Assembly: GCA_039794085.1 (NCBI GenBank)
Contig: JBDIWC010000028.1
Coordinates: forward strand, 1 to 56,307
Direction of reading: 5' to 3'
DNA from: Gemmatimonadales bacterium
GTDB taxonomy: Bacteria; Gemmatimonadota; Gemmatimonadetes; Gemmatimonadales; GWC2-71-9
DNA: 56,307 bases
In this document: piece after piece, positions 32,815-43,168 of the stretch
How positions within the stretch are numbered: position 1 is the stretch's first letter
Layout: each line of letters starts with the position of its first letter
Made by a program: the position numbers and the translations under genes
The notes under the pieces: generated by a model
Seen by the model: only the letters and a program-made list of their open reading frames with translations
What the model was told of the DNA's origin: nothing
Databases searched by the model: none

Positions 32815-35586
32815 TCAGCCCTTTGCGTCGAGCCAGTTCGGACCGGTCCCGACATCCACCACCAGAGGCACATCGAGAACGGCCGCCGACTCCATCATCT
32901 CGCGCACCATCGCCGCCACCCCGTCCGCTTCCCCCGCGGGGGCTTCCAGCACCAGTTCGTCATGGACCTGGAGGAGCAGCCGGGACTCGAGGCGTGATTC
33001 CCGAAGTGCCGCATGGATCCGGATCATCGCGATCTTGATGAGATCCGCCGCCGAACCCTGCAGGGGGCTGTTCTGGCAGAGCCGTTCCCCGAAGGCGCGT
33101 ACGTTGAAGTTCCGGTCCTTGAGCTCGGGAACGTAGCGGCGACGCTTGAACAGCGTCTCGACATATCCCTCCGTGCGCCCCCGCTCCACCTGGCGGTCGA
33201 GCCAGGCGCGGACTCCGGAAAAACGTTCAAAGTACTGCGAAATGAACGCCTTGGCCTCCTCCTGTGAGATGCCGAGTTGGCGGGCGAGGGCAAAGGGCCC
33301 CTGACCGTAGATTGTCGCGAAGTTGATCGTCTTGGCCCGGGCGCGCATCTCCGGCGTCACCCCCTCCGCCTCCACCCCGAAGATCGCCGCGGCCGTTTCC
33401 CGGTGGATGTCCCCGCCCCGCCGGAACGCCTCGGTGAACGCGGGGTCGCCGGAGAGATGGGCCATGAGCCGAAGCTCGATCTGGGAGTAGTCCGCCACCA
33501 CGAAAAGGTTTCCCGGAGCGGGGACGAAGCCGCGCCGGATCGCCTCGCCGCGCGCGGTCCGGATGGGAATGTTCTGGAGATTCGGGTCGGAGGAGGAGAG
33601 ACGTCCGGTGGCGGCACCGGTCTGATTGAACGTCGTGTGAATGCGGCCCGTTGTCCGGTTCACGCAGGATGGGAGCACGTCCAGATAGGTGGACCGCAAC
33701 TTCTCGAGTTCGCGGTACTCGAGCAGGAGGCGGGGCACGTCATGCTGGTCAGCCAGCTGCTCGAGCACCTCGGCATCGGTCGAGGGGCCGGTCTTGGTCC
33801 GCTTGATCACCGGGAGCCCGAGGGTGTCGAAGAGCACGGTGGCGAGCTGTTTCGGGCTGTTCAGGTTGAAGGGAGCCCCGGCGCTTTCCGCGATCGATGC
33901 GGCCAGCCTGTCGAGTTCCTCCTTCGTCTCCCGTTGCAACTGTCGAAACACGGCGGGATCGATCCCGATCCCGGTCCACTCCATGTCGACCAGAACCGGG
34001 ATCAACGGGAGCTCCATCTCCTCGAGAAGCGGGGTCAGCTCCGCCTCCCGCAGCCCCGGCGCGAACATCTCCCCCAGGGTGTGGATCGCCCGCAGCCTGT
34101 GGACGGCCGCCTCCGCCACGCGAAGGGGAGGAACTTCCGCGAAGGGCACTTCGTTCCGTCCCTTCCCCGTGAGGTCGGATCGGAGGGGAACGGTGTGGCC
34201 CAGGTGATCGAGGGCGAGGGTGTCCAGGGTGTGCGACCGCCGACCCGGTTCCAGAAGGAAGCTCTCCAGGAGCAGGTCGGACCGAACCCCCTCCAGTTCC
34301 ACTCCGGCGCTGCGTAGCACTTCCCAGTCCCGCTTCACGTCGTGACCCCGTTTCGGCACCGCCGCGTCCTCCAGGAGGGCACGCAGCGAGGCACAGCGGG
34401 AATCGGCAAGCGGAGGGAGCACCGGAACCGGCTCGGGTGCGGCGAGATCGCCCTCGGCGGGCCGGTGGCCGAAGGGGAGATACCACGCCTGATCCCCGGC
34501 GCCGAGGGCCAAGCCGAGAAGACGGGCGCTGCGGGCATCCCCGGGTGTGCTCCAGGTCTCCAGGGTGACCATTCCGAGAGATCGAATCTGTCCCACGACA
34601 CCGGGGAGGAGGCCGGGATCATCCACCACGGCCGGGGAGAGGGCCTCCCCGGTGGGTTCGAGGGACACCGGAGCCGGTGGTTCGGATTCGTCGAGATCGA
34701 GGCGCCGGAGGAGCGAGTGGAACTCCAGGTCGGTCAACACCTGGATCAGGGCCGCGGGATCGGGGTCCTGCGCGGCCAGCGTCTCCAGCGACACGTCCAC
34801 CGGAACATCGCATTGAATGGTGACAAGGTCGCGTGAGAGTCGCGCGTTCGCGGCATGCTGCTGCAATGCCTCGCGGGTCCGCTTGGCGGTGACCTCATCC
34901 GCATGCGCGAGAATGGCCTCGAGGGATCCATAGCTCCCGAGCAGGCCGCGGGCTCCCTTGTCCCCGATGCCATGCACCCCGGGAACATTGTCGGAGCTGT
35001 CCCCCACCAGGGCGAGGTAATCCACCACCTGCTCCGGGGGGACACCCAGGCGCTCCGCGGCGTTCGACTCGTCCACCCACAGTTCCTCCACTCCGGCCGG
35101 CCCGCCGCGTCCGGGATTGAGAAGGGCGACTCCGGGACGGATGAGCTGGTAGAAGTCCTTGTCCCCCGACACGATCACCACCTGGAGATCGGCTCCGGCA
35201 AACCGGGCGGCCAGGGTGCCGATCACGTCGTCCGCCTCGTAGCCGGGTACCGCCACCACCGGGATGCGGAACGCCGCGAGGAGGGCCTCGACGTGGTCGA
35301 TCGCCCGGTCGAAGTCTGCCTGCAGCTCTTCGTCGAGCTTCTTCCGGGTCGACTTGTACGCGGGATACCGGGCCGTGCGGAAGGAGTCGCCGGCGTCGTG
35401 GACCCAGGCCACATACTCCGGATGCCGGGAAGCCCTCAGTCGAAGCAGAAAGTTCACCACTCCCCAGGCCGCCGAGGTGTTCTCCCCGCGACTGGTGCGC
35501 AGCGGGCGGCTGATCATGGCGAAGAACGCCCGGTAGATCAGCGCATAGCCGTCAACCAGAAAAAGACGCGCCGGGGAGGACGGCAT
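32815..35586 (-). CDS. polA: DNA polymerase I
   Basis: 5' exonuclease (EADDVI, GDSSDN); polymerase motifs DYSQIELR, KTINF..IYG, QVHDE. Confidence 0.97.
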   Translation of the reverse strand: MPSSPARLFLVDGYALIYRAFFAMISRPLRTSRGENTSAAWGVVNFLLRLRASRHPEYVAWVHDAGDSFRTARYPAYKSTRKKLDEELQADFDRAIDHVEALLAAFRIPVVAVPGYEADDVIGTLAARFAGADLQVVIVSGDKDFYQLIRPGVALLNPGRGGPAGVEELWVDESNAAERLGVPPEQVVDYLALVGDSSDNVPGVHGIGDKGARGLLGSYGSLEAILAHADEVTAKRTREALQQHAANARLSRDLVTIQCDVPVDVSLETLAAQDPDPAALIQVLTDLEFHSLLRRLDLDESEPPAPVSLEPTGEALSPAVVDDPGLLPGVVGQIRSLGMVTLETWSTPGDARSARLLGLALGAGDQAWYLPFGHRPAEGDLAAPEPVPVLPPLADSRCASLRALLEDAAVPKRGHDVKRDWEVLRSAGVELEGVRSDLLLESFLLEPGRRSHTLDTLALDHLGHTVPLRSDLTGKGRNEVPFAEVPPLRVAEAAVHRLRAIHTLGEMFAPGLREAELTPLLEEMELPLIPVLVDMEWTGIGIDPAVFRQLQRETKEELDRLAASIAESAGAPFNLNSPKQLATVLFDTLGLPVIKRTKTGPSTDAEVLEQLADQHDVPRLLLEYRELEKLRSTYLDVLPSCVNRTTGRIHTTFNQTGAATGRLSSSDPNLQNIPIRTARGEAIRRGFVPAPGNLFVVADYSQIELRLMAHLSGDPAFTEAFRRGGDIHRETAAAIFGVEAEGVTPEMRARAKTINFATIYGQGPFALARQLGISQEEAKAFISQYFERFSGVRAWLDRQVERGRTEGYVETLFKRRRYVPELKDRNFNVRAFGERLCQNSPLQGSAADLIKIAMIRIHAALRESRLESRLLLQVHDELVLEAPAGEADGVAAMVREMMESAAVLDVPLVVDVGTGPNWLDAKG

Positions 35587-35591
35587 CCGGA

Positions 35592-37028
35592 TCAGTTGAT
35601 TCCGACGCGCTGGACCAGCGACCGGAGTCGGCTGAACTCGGCTCGGGATTGCGGGGTGAGCCGCATGCGGAACGTGGCCAGTTGGCCGGTGAAGGTCAGG
35701 GTGGAGTTATAGGAGCTGTAGAACCACTGGATGATGCGGTTGTCGGCGCCGGGAGACGTCTCCGCCGTCTGATCCGGCTCCCCCAGCGTGATGTAGACCT
35801 CGCCGCGATCGCTCCGCCAGCCCGAGTTCACTCCCTCCTCGCGGAACCGCTCGTTGGCGATGGCCACGCGGGTGAAGTACTGGTCGAGCGCTTCGTTGTC
35901 GGTGGTGACCGGATTGGGGTCACTCTCCACCCAGAACTCCCGCCAGAGTCGCGGACGATCCTCCGGAGTGGACTTGCGCAGCTCGTCGAGTTTTGCCGAC
36001 GCGGGGAAGTAGCGCAGGAGGCTGAGGAGATTGTCGTAGTTGGTCACCACCCAGGACCGGGAGAAGGAGACGAGTGCTGTGGTCTGCTTCCCGGCGCTAG
36101 TGGCCACCGCCAGCGCGGTCGGATCGATCACGGTGGTCCCCTCGCCCACGGTGATGGTGAGTTGCCCCAGCGGGGGGGCCTCCGGCGGCAGCCGCAGTGT
36201 GCGGCTCTCCACCTCATGGCCGCCGTCGAACAACACCGACGCCTGGAGTGTCACCCTGCCCTGGTCGTCACGGAGCGTGAGCGGGAACTCGCGGGGGCCC
36301 TCCAGGTGGTAGGCCTCGAAATAGACCAGGAGCGAATCCCCCCCCTGGGACACGGACCCCCGCGGGTTGAGCAGGAGCGGAATATCTTCGGTCCGCGTCG
36401 TCCGGGACGACGCCTGATAGGCAAGTATCGGGGCGGTGATGCTTCCCGGATCGAAGGCCGGCACGCTGAGAGCCTGCTGCGCCCGTCCCTGCGTCGCCGC
36501 CTGCAGGTCCTCCACCACCACGGTCAGGGTGTATTGTCCCGGCTGAAGCAGGAAGGCCTGCTGCATCACCACCGACTCATCGGAGCGCTGCGCCTCGGAG
36601 AAGGATCCCACGGCGATGGTCCCGTCCTGTGCGTAGCTCAGGGGCGGGGAACCGGGCTGCTCGAATGTCATGGTGACCCGGTACAGCGCCTGGAACACCA
36701 GCCCCGCCCGCTGGAAGGAAAAGGTGCGGTTGGCCAGGGAGATACCGACCTGGGCAATGGTGGAGTCGTTCCGACCCCCGAGATACACCACGCTGCCCAC
36801 GAAAGAGACCGGCGGTCCGCTGGTCAGGCGGCCAATCCGGCTGTAAACCGCTTGAAGATTGAAGAGCTCCTCCAGGGTCTGATCCACCCCGGCGGGGCGC
36901 ACGCCATCGGGGCCGGTACGAGAACCACCGCAGCCCACCAGACCTGCTGTAAGGACCACGAGGACGAGGGGGAGGGGGAGGGGGAGGGGGAGGGGGAGGA
37001 TTGAGGACGACACCGGCGTATGGCTCAT
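35592..37028 (-). CDS. GWxTD domain lipoprotein
   Basis: Lipobox LVGC; FW..SDPNP.T..NE; GWRSDRGEVYITLGEPD. Confidence 0.88.
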   Translation of the reverse strand: MSHTPVSSSILPLPLPLPLPLVLVVLTAGLVGCGGSRTGPDGVRPAGVDQTLEELFNLQAVYSRIGRLTSGPPVSFVGSVVYLGGRNDSTIAQVGISLANRTFSFQRAGLVFQALYRVTMTFEQPGSPPLSYAQDGTIAVGSFSEAQRSDESVVMQQAFLLQPGQYTLTVVVEDLQAATQGRAQQALSVPAFDPGSITAPILAYQASSRTTRTEDIPLLLNPRGSVSQGGDSLLVYFEAYHLEGPREFPLTLRDDQGRVTLQASVLFDGGHEVESRTLRLPPEAPPLGQLTITVGEGTTVIDPTALAVATSAGKQTTALVSFSRSWVVTNYDNLLSLLRYFPASAKLDELRKSTPEDRPRLWREFWVESDPNPVTTDNEALDQYFTRVAIANERFREEGVNSGWRSDRGEVYITLGEPDQTAETSPGADNRIIQWFYSSYNSTLTFTGQLATFRMRLTPQSRAEFSRLRSLVQRVGIN

Positions 37029-37162
37029 GAGTATCTGTCCGGGACGGCGTGAGGAGCGGAAGGGGAACCTACCCGGGAGACGATGCCAACGGCACCACCT
37101 GCACGCGAGGAATGTCGTTATCTTGCCGGTCCACCGGTAACGCTGTACCTTGGACTGTTCCC

Positions 37163-38074
37163 ATGAGCAAAGATAATCTCGTCGGCCGCACCGTGGCCGG
37201 ATACCGGCTCCTCGACTACATCGGCGAGGGTGGCACCGCCACGGTCTACCAGGCGGAGCATCCCGAACGCGGGCGTGCCGCAGTCAAGGTTCTTCGGGAC
37301 CGGACCTCCAAGGACCCCATTGCCGTCAAGCGGTTCCTCCGCGAGGCGGAATTCGGTTCCCGGGTCAACCACCCCAACATCATCCAGACCTACGACTTTG
37401 GCGAGGTGGACGGACTCTACTACCTCGCCCTGGAATGGGCCCCCGGGGAGCCGCTGGCCGACTTCCTCCTCAGTTCGGGCCGTCTCGCCCCTCCCCTGGC
37501 CGCCCGCATCATTGAGCAGCTGGGCGAGGCCCTGACCGTGTCCCATCAGGCCGGCATCATTCACCGCGACCTCAAGCCGGCCAACATCATGTACGACCCC
37601 GCCACTCAGACGGCCCGGCTGCTCGATTTCGGGATCGCCCGGGACGCCGAAGATGAACCGGAGGAACGGCTGACCCGAGCCGGTTTCTTCGTGGGGACGC
37701 TCCAATACGTGGCCCCCGAGGCGCTGAGCGGAGAGTTGGTGGGCGAGCAGGCCGACGTGTTCAGCCTGGCCACCATCGCGTACAACCTCCTGACCGACAC
37801 CCTGCCCTACCTGGGCAAGAGCCCCAGGGAGTTGTTCCAGCAACTACTCTCCCAGCCCCCTATACCACTCAACGAAGCCGTGCCGGGGCTGCGGTTTCCC
37901 AAACCCCTGGAAACAGCGGTGATGAAAGGGCTCGAGCGGGACCTCTCGGCGCGCTGGAAGACCATCAACGAATTCGCCACCGCCTTCTGTCTTGCCGCCC
38001 GGGGCGAAGGGTCTCCGGAACCGAAGCCGCGAGGAGGGTTCCTCTCGTCGATCTTCCGCCGCGGCAGTGACTGA
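37163..38074 (+). CDS. Hanks-type Ser/Thr protein kinase (kinase domain only)
   Basis: IGEGG, AVK, HRDLKPAN, DFG, GTLQYVAPE. Confidence 0.93.
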   Translation: MSKDNLVGRTVAGYRLLDYIGEGGTATVYQAEHPERGRAAVKVLRDRTSKDPIAVKRFLREAEFGSRVNHPNIIQTYDFGEVDGLYYLALEWAPGEPLADFLLSSGRLAPPLAARIIEQLGEALTVSHQAGIIHRDLKPANIMYDPATQTARLLDFGIARDAEDEPEERLTRAGFFVGTLQYVAPEALSGELVGEQADVFSLATIAYNLLTDTLPYLGKSPRELFQQLLSQPPIPLNEAVPGLRFPKPLETAVMKGLERDLSARWKTINEFATAFCLAARGEGSPEPKPRGGFLSSIFRRGSD

Positions 38075-38666
38075 CCCGCAACACCCCGAGGCGTTGATCG
38101 ACCTCCTGGCGAGGCGGTCGGTCGCCTTCGGGGAGTTCACCCTCGCCTCGGGGGAGCGGTCCTCCTGGTACATCGATGCCCGAATGACGACCATGAGCGC
38201 GGAGGGGCTCCGCCTCATCGGGAGCCTCGGGCTGCAATCCATCCGCCGCTCCGGCTGGAACCCTTCCGCCATCGGAGGACTCACCATGGGCGCCGATCCG
38301 GTCGCCTATGGCATTGCCCTGGCCAGCACCCGTGAACCCCCGATTCTCGATGCCTTTTCCGTGCGGAAGAGCCCCAAGGGCCACGGCACCGGTCGCCGGA
38401 TCGAGGGCAACTTCGTCCCCGGGTCCGCGGTCGTGGTGGTCGAGGACGTGATCACCACCGGGGGCTCGGCGCTCCAGGCCATCGAGGCGGTCCGGGAAGC
38501 GGGGGGAACCGTGGTGGGCGTGCTCGCGGTGGTGGACCGGGAGCAGGGCGGGTCGGAGCGGATCGCCAGCGCCGGGGTTCCCGTCGTCTCGCTGGTGACC
38601 GCCGGGCCCGTGGTCGCCGCCGCCCGTCGGCTTTCGTCACCCCCTGAGAACCTGCCGCTTCCGTAG
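38067..38666 (+). CDS. pyrE: Orotate phosphoribosyltransferase
   Basis: GEFTLASG..S.WYID, VRK..KGHG, VEDVITTGGS. Confidence 0.95.
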   Translation: MTDPQHPEALIDLLARRSVAFGEFTLASGERSSWYIDARMTTMSAEGLRLIGSLGLQSIRRSGWNPSAIGGLTMGADPVAYGIALASTREPPILDAFSVRKSPKGHGTGRRIEGNFVPGSAVVVVEDVITTGGSALQAIEAVREAGGTVVGVLAVVDREQGGSERIASAGVPVVSLVTAGPVVAAARRLSSPPENLPLP

Positions 38667-38704
38667 TTCACGACCCGCAGTACGACCGGCCGGGTCGATT
38701 CGTC

Positions 38705-39646
38705 CTACCGGACCACCTTGTTTCCCTCACTTCGGATCCCGGTCCGGCTCAGCCGAGCCGACCCACCCCGCCACTGCGTTTTCGCGTCGGCGAGCGGGGG
38801 AGTATGCCGGTCACCCGCCGCAGTAAGCGGGTGGAACTGGGCCCATCGGTCAGCATGGGGGGCGATCATCAACCGGATGAATCGGTCGAGTGCCACAGGG
38901 AACGGAAACCGGCGGCGGAATTCGGAACAGGTAAGGCCCAGCATCGAGCGGAGGTGGCGACCAAAACTCTGGGGACTGGAGTATTCGAGGCGGTACGACA
39001 CGTCCGCAATGGAGAGTCCATCATTTCCAAAGTACCAGGCGGCGTGCAGGAGACGGACACTGGCCAGGTACGCCTTGGGGGAGGGGAGTCCGGCCCGGGC
39101 GAATCGCGACATGAGTGTGCTGGGAGGAAGCCCGAACTCCCGAGCCAGGGCCCGGACCACGGGTACCGACGGGCTCCGGCGCACCAGGGTTTCCATGAAT
39201 TGCCGTGCATCACCGGGGAGGGCGGGGAGAGCATCCAGAACGCCGGCCAGGATCCGGGCGGCGGCCTTCCCCGTGGGCGGTGTCACCACACTTCGCAGTC
39301 GTCCCCACCCGTTCGGAGTCGACACATCCACGACTTCCCTGACACCGGAGGCGCCAAGGCGGAGGAGGGTTCCGGGCGCGACGGGTTCGGAACCGGTCAC
39401 CACCGCGACAGTGGGCAGTCCGGGGAAGCCCCGGACCAGGTGGTGAAGGGGCCCGATCTGTTCCGTGGCCGCACGATGCACGGAGAGGATCACGGCATCG
39501 ACCCGACGCTCCCGGACGACGCGCAGGGCGTCGGGGATCGAATCGCGGTGGAGGACCTCGAAATGGCCTGCACTGGCGGCGTCCAACGCTGAGCGTTCGG
39601 CCGGAAGCAGCACAGCGGCGATCGTGGTGCGCGGAGCGGGGGACAT
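38705..39646 (-). CDS. AraC-family HTH regulator with a receiver-like N-terminus
   Basis: C-terminal SIADVSYRLEYSSPQSFGRH...G..SEFR; CAGGAG RBS. Confidence 0.85.
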   Translation of the reverse strand: MSPAPRTTIAAVLLPAERSALDAASAGHFEVLHRDSIPDALRVVRERRVDAVILSVHRAATEQIGPLHHLVRGFPGLPTVAVVTGSEPVAPGTLLRLGASGVREVVDVSTPNGWGRLRSVVTPPTGKAAARILAGVLDALPALPGDARQFMETLVRRSPSVPVVRALAREFGLPPSTLMSRFARAGLPSPKAYLASVRLLHAAWYFGNDGLSIADVSYRLEYSSPQSFGRHLRSMLGLTCSEFRRRFPFPVALDRFIRLMIAPHADRWAQFHPLTAAGDRHTPPLADAKTQWRGGSARLSRTGIRSEGNKVVR

Positions 39647-39717
39647 GGACAGAGTCTCCTGGGAGCGAGAAGGCATAGACGCTACCATGGCACCTTGAAC
39701 CAGCCTTGAACTTTCCC

Positions 39718-39832
39718 CCTACCCAATACCCAGCACCCCACACCCAACACCCCGCCAGGGTTCTGGGGACTGGGTCGTGGGTTTTGGGCCCCACCCCGCA
39801 GTTCCCAATACCCACCCGATACCCAACACCCC
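39718..39832. repeat. Heptamer tracts (CCCAAYA type) with an internal complementary tract
   Basis: CCCAATA CCCAGCA CCCCACA CCCAACA ... GGGTTCT GGGGACT GGGTCGT GGGTTTT ... CCCAATA. Confidence 0.8.
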
Positions 39833-39982
39833 GGGGACGGGGGGAAGAGGAAACGATTCGCCCGGTTCAGGCATCCAATGAGAACGGCCGGTCGTGCTCC
39901 CTCCCCTGTGGCGTGCAAGTCCCGGCGGTGAAAAACGTCCTTCCTGACACGCCCGGTACAAACCCTGTTGATTGGTGGCCTG

Positions 39983-42900
39983 GTGACCGACCCTCGAAGC
40001 GAACTCACCCTGCGCCTGGAAAGAGCCCTGAAAGGCCAGTATCGCCTGGTCCGGGAGCTGGGGCGGGGCGGGATGGGGGTCGTGTACGAGGCGGTGGACG
40101 AGGCCCTCCTGCGACCCGTCGCGATCAAGGTGGTCCACCCGGAGCTCTCGGCAAACCCCGCCACCGTCCACAGGTTCCTGGAGGAGGCCCGGGTCATCGC
40201 CCGGCTCAAACACCCGAACATTGTCCGAATCCATGCGGTGGGACAAGCCGACGGCTTGGTGTACTATGTCATGGAGGCCGTCGAAGGGCGCACCCTCCGG
40301 GAGGAGTTGTTGCGCACCGGACAGCTCCCACCAGACCGGGCCCGCCGGATTGCCGGAGACATTGCCCTCGCCCTCGCGGCGGCGGGGAAGGCCGGGATCG
40401 TTCATCGCGACGTGAAGCCGGAGAACATCCTGCTGGAGGAGGGGACGGGAGACGCGTTGCTGGTCGATTTCGGTATTGCCTGCATGGCGGCCATACCTCC
40501 GTTCCCAACACCCAACACCCAACACCTGGCCCCCAAGCTCACCATGGGCACCCCGGCCTACATGAGTCCGGAGCAGGCGGCGGGCGACCCGGTCGACGTC
40601 CGCAGCGATCTCTATGCATTGGGCATCGTGCTCTACGAAATGCTCGCCGGCCGGCCCCCCTTTCACGGGACGCGGCGGGTGGTCCTGTCCCGGCAGATCG
40701 TCGATCCGCTCCCCCCGGTCACCACCTGGCGGCCCGGACTCCCGCCGGATCTGGTCTCGGCCGTCGCCCGTGCTCTCGAGAAGATACCGGACGCCCGGTG
40801 GCAGTGTCCGGAGGAGTTCCGGTCGGCCCTGCTGAATCCCCCTCCCGCCACCAGATTGATCCGGGTATCGTCCCGGCTCCGGCGCGCGGCGGTCTCCCTT
40901 GCGGTGGCGGCAGCGGCGCTGTTCGCACTCCTGGCCCGGACCCCCGGTCCCGGTGAGCTTCCCCCGGAGGGCAACCGGAATTCCGTTCTGATCCTCCCCT
41001 TCGCCAACATCCGGGGAGATGGGGAGTCGGACTGGCTCCGCCACGGGAGCGTGAGCATGCTCGCGCTCGCCCTGGGCCAATGGCGCGAAATTACGGTTGT
41101 CGACCACGACCGTCTCCACGACCTCCTCTCCCGTCACAATCTTCCACCCGATGCCGTGATCGGCCTGTCGGAAGCCCGGCGCATCGCCCGTGACATCGGA
41201 GTCCAGACCGTGGTGCTCGGCGATTTCACCCGGCTCGGCGATTCGGTCCAGCTCGTGGCCCGGGCGTGGGACGTCGAGAGCGGACAACGCCAGGAGCAGG
41301 CCCGGGTCGACGGTCCGGTCACCGGTGACATCCGGGTTCTCTTCGACGACCTCGCGGCGCGGCTTCTCGACCTCACGGTGGCCACCGAGGATCGTGGTCC
41401 GGGCATCTCGCTGGCCGCCCGGACCACGGCGTCGCTTTCGGCCTACCGGCAGTACCTTCGCGGCACCGAAGCCCTCAATCAGTGGCGCCTGGGCGAGGCG
41501 GAGCTGGCCTTTCGTGAGGCGGTCGAGACCGACTCCACCTTCGGGCTGGCCTACTACCAGCTCGCGGTCACCCGCGGGTGGCGGGCGGGACCCGAGGACC
41601 CGGCGGGCCGGGAGGCGATCCTCCAGGCGGGGCGGTTCGGCGACCGTCTCTCCAGCCGGGAGCGCCAGGCGGTCGAGGCCTATCGCGCCATGACCGACAA
41701 CGAACCGGCCCGGGCCCGTGACCTGTACGCCCATCTGGTGGCGGCGGACTCCTCCGATGCCAGCGCCTGGTACGGGCTGGGGGACGCCTGGTTCCATCAC
41801 GGCCCCGACGCCACCCCCGCCGAGGCGATGACCGCCTCTCTCCGGGCCTTCCAGCGCGCGATCGCCCTGGAGCCTCGCAACTCCCTGGCTCGGGAGCATG
41901 TGACGGGCCTTCTGACCGAAACCGCGCGGGCCGACGGCGACCTGCTCCTGATGCCGGGAAGCCGGATCGTGGGCGTGGACCCGGACCGGCGCGACTCCCC
42001 GCCCGTGCGACTCGCACGGAGCCGGGCAGGCCGGGCCGCCGTCGAGGCCGCCCGGGATTGGGTCACGGCACAACCCCGCCTGGACCGGGCCCGCCGAGCC
42101 CTGTTCGAGGCCCACGTGACCGTGGGAGACTATCCCGCCGCGACCCGCGATGTGCGGCAGCTCCGGGAGCTCCTCGGTGCCCCGCTGCGGCCCCTCGCCG
42201 GCTTCCTCGAGGCCCGGGTGCAGTTCGCCGCCGGTGAGGGATCCCGGGCCCGGGCCATCCTGGACCGGACCCTGCGCGAGGTGCGGCCCGATTCGATGGT
42301 GGCCCGCTCCGGGTTGTCGGAGGTGCTGGTGGCCGATGTCCTGGCGAGCGCCAACGTCTATGCTCACGCCGGGGACCTGGAAGGAGCGGAGACGGTCATT
42401 CTCCTCGCCGATTCGTTGCGCCAGGGGATTCTGGCCACAACCGCACCCGGTTCCACCAGACCCGACGTCTGGAAGGATTCCCGTCTGGCACAACTCTACA
42501 GTGCCACCGGCGGGTCGCTCTATCAGCTGCGGGGTCTGTGGCAGAATGTCCTGCGCGCAGCCGTGGTCCTCCCCCGAGAGGACCGGGCCAAGGTGGCCTG
42601 GGCCGGGGCCGCGGCGGCGCAGGGACTCTTTCTCGGCGCCTCGGCGGACACCGTGGCCCTCGACCAGCTCGCAGACCTGACCGGGACAACTCACCCCAAG
42701 GCGATCCGCGCCCTCCGTGCCCTGAGCCAGGGCGACTCCACCCGGGCGCGCTCCGTGCTCAGCGAGGAGCGTCCCGACCCCGACGCCCCGGGCGCCATGC
42801 CGGAGTGGAACCCGCCCTCCGCGTTCGCCATGGGAGATCTCCGTCCGGTCACCGCCGAAGCCCACTTCCTCCTCGGCAATTACCGCGAGACACTCCGCAC

Positions 42901-43141
42901 TCTCGACGGGTTCGAACCGGCACACTTCTCCACCCGGTACTTCGACTCGCGCTGGGGACTCCTCGCCCGGGTGACCCTGCTCCGCGGCATGGCCTGGGAA
43001 CGACTCGGGGAAACCACCCTGGCCGACGCGGCCTATTCGAACGTCCTGGCCCAGTGGAATGAGGCCGACGAGGCCCTCTACCCGGTGCTCCGGATGGCCC
43101 AGGCCGGACGGGAGCGGCTGCGGGGACTCGTCGCGGGCTGA
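39983..43141 (+). CDS. Ser/Thr kinase with TM segment, TolB-N-like and TPR regions
   Basis: GRGGMG, VAIK, HRDVKPEN, DFG, GTPAYMSPE; SVLILPFAN; TPR helices. Confidence 0.93.
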   Translation: MTDPRSELTLRLERALKGQYRLVRELGRGGMGVVYEAVDEALLRPVAIKVVHPELSANPATVHRFLEEARVIARLKHPNIVRIHAVGQADGLVYYVMEAVEGRTLREELLRTGQLPPDRARRIAGDIALALAAAGKAGIVHRDVKPENILLEEGTGDALLVDFGIACMAAIPPFPTPNTQHLAPKLTMGTPAYMSPEQAAGDPVDVRSDLYALGIVLYEMLAGRPPFHGTRRVVLSRQIVDPLPPVTTWRPGLPPDLVSAVARALEKIPDARWQCPEEFRSALLNPPPATRLIRVSSRLRRAAVSLAVAAAALFALLARTPGPGELPPEGNRNSVLILPFANIRGDGESDWLRHGSVSMLALALGQWREITVVDHDRLHDLLSRHNLPPDAVIGLSEARRIARDIGVQTVVLGDFTRLGDSVQLVARAWDVESGQRQEQARVDGPVTGDIRVLFDDLAARLLDLTVATEDRGPGISLAARTTASLSAYRQYLRGTEALNQWRLGEAELAFREAVETDSTFGLAYYQLAVTRGWRAGPEDPAGREAILQAGRFGDRLSSRERQAVEAYRAMTDNEPARARDLYAHLVAADSSDASAWYGLGDAWFHHGPDATPAEAMTASLRAFQRAIALEPRNSLAREHVTGLLTETARADGDLLLMPGSRIVGVDPDRRDSPPVRLARSRAGRAAVEAARDWVTAQPRLDRARRALFEAHVTVGDYPAATRDVRQLRELLGAPLRPLAGFLEARVQFAAGEGSRARAILDRTLREVRPDSMVARSGLSEVLVADVLASANVYAHAGDLEGAETVILLADSLRQGILATTAPGSTRPDVWKDSRLAQLYSATGGSLYQLRGLWQNVLRAAVVLPREDRAKVAWAGAAAAQGLFLGASADTVALDQLADLTGTTHPKAIRALRALSQGDSTRARSVLSEERPDPDAPGAMPEWNPPSAFAMGDLRPVTAEAHFLLGNYRETLRTLDGFEPAHFSTRYFDSRWGLLARVTLLRGMAWERLGETTLADAAYSNVLAQWNEADEALYPVLRMAQAGRERLRGLVAG

Positions 43142-43168
43142 GACGGGGTCGCGAACCAGTCAGGACAG

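Noticed and set aside
32740..32829. GACGCAAAG motif upstream of the histidine kinase (c-di-GMP-I riboswitch-like), also a 15/16 match to the polA 3' end
   Set aside because: No GGCAAA/GAAA P2 elements or P3. The short duplication is only 53 bp away with no integrase, so it is not a credible att site.
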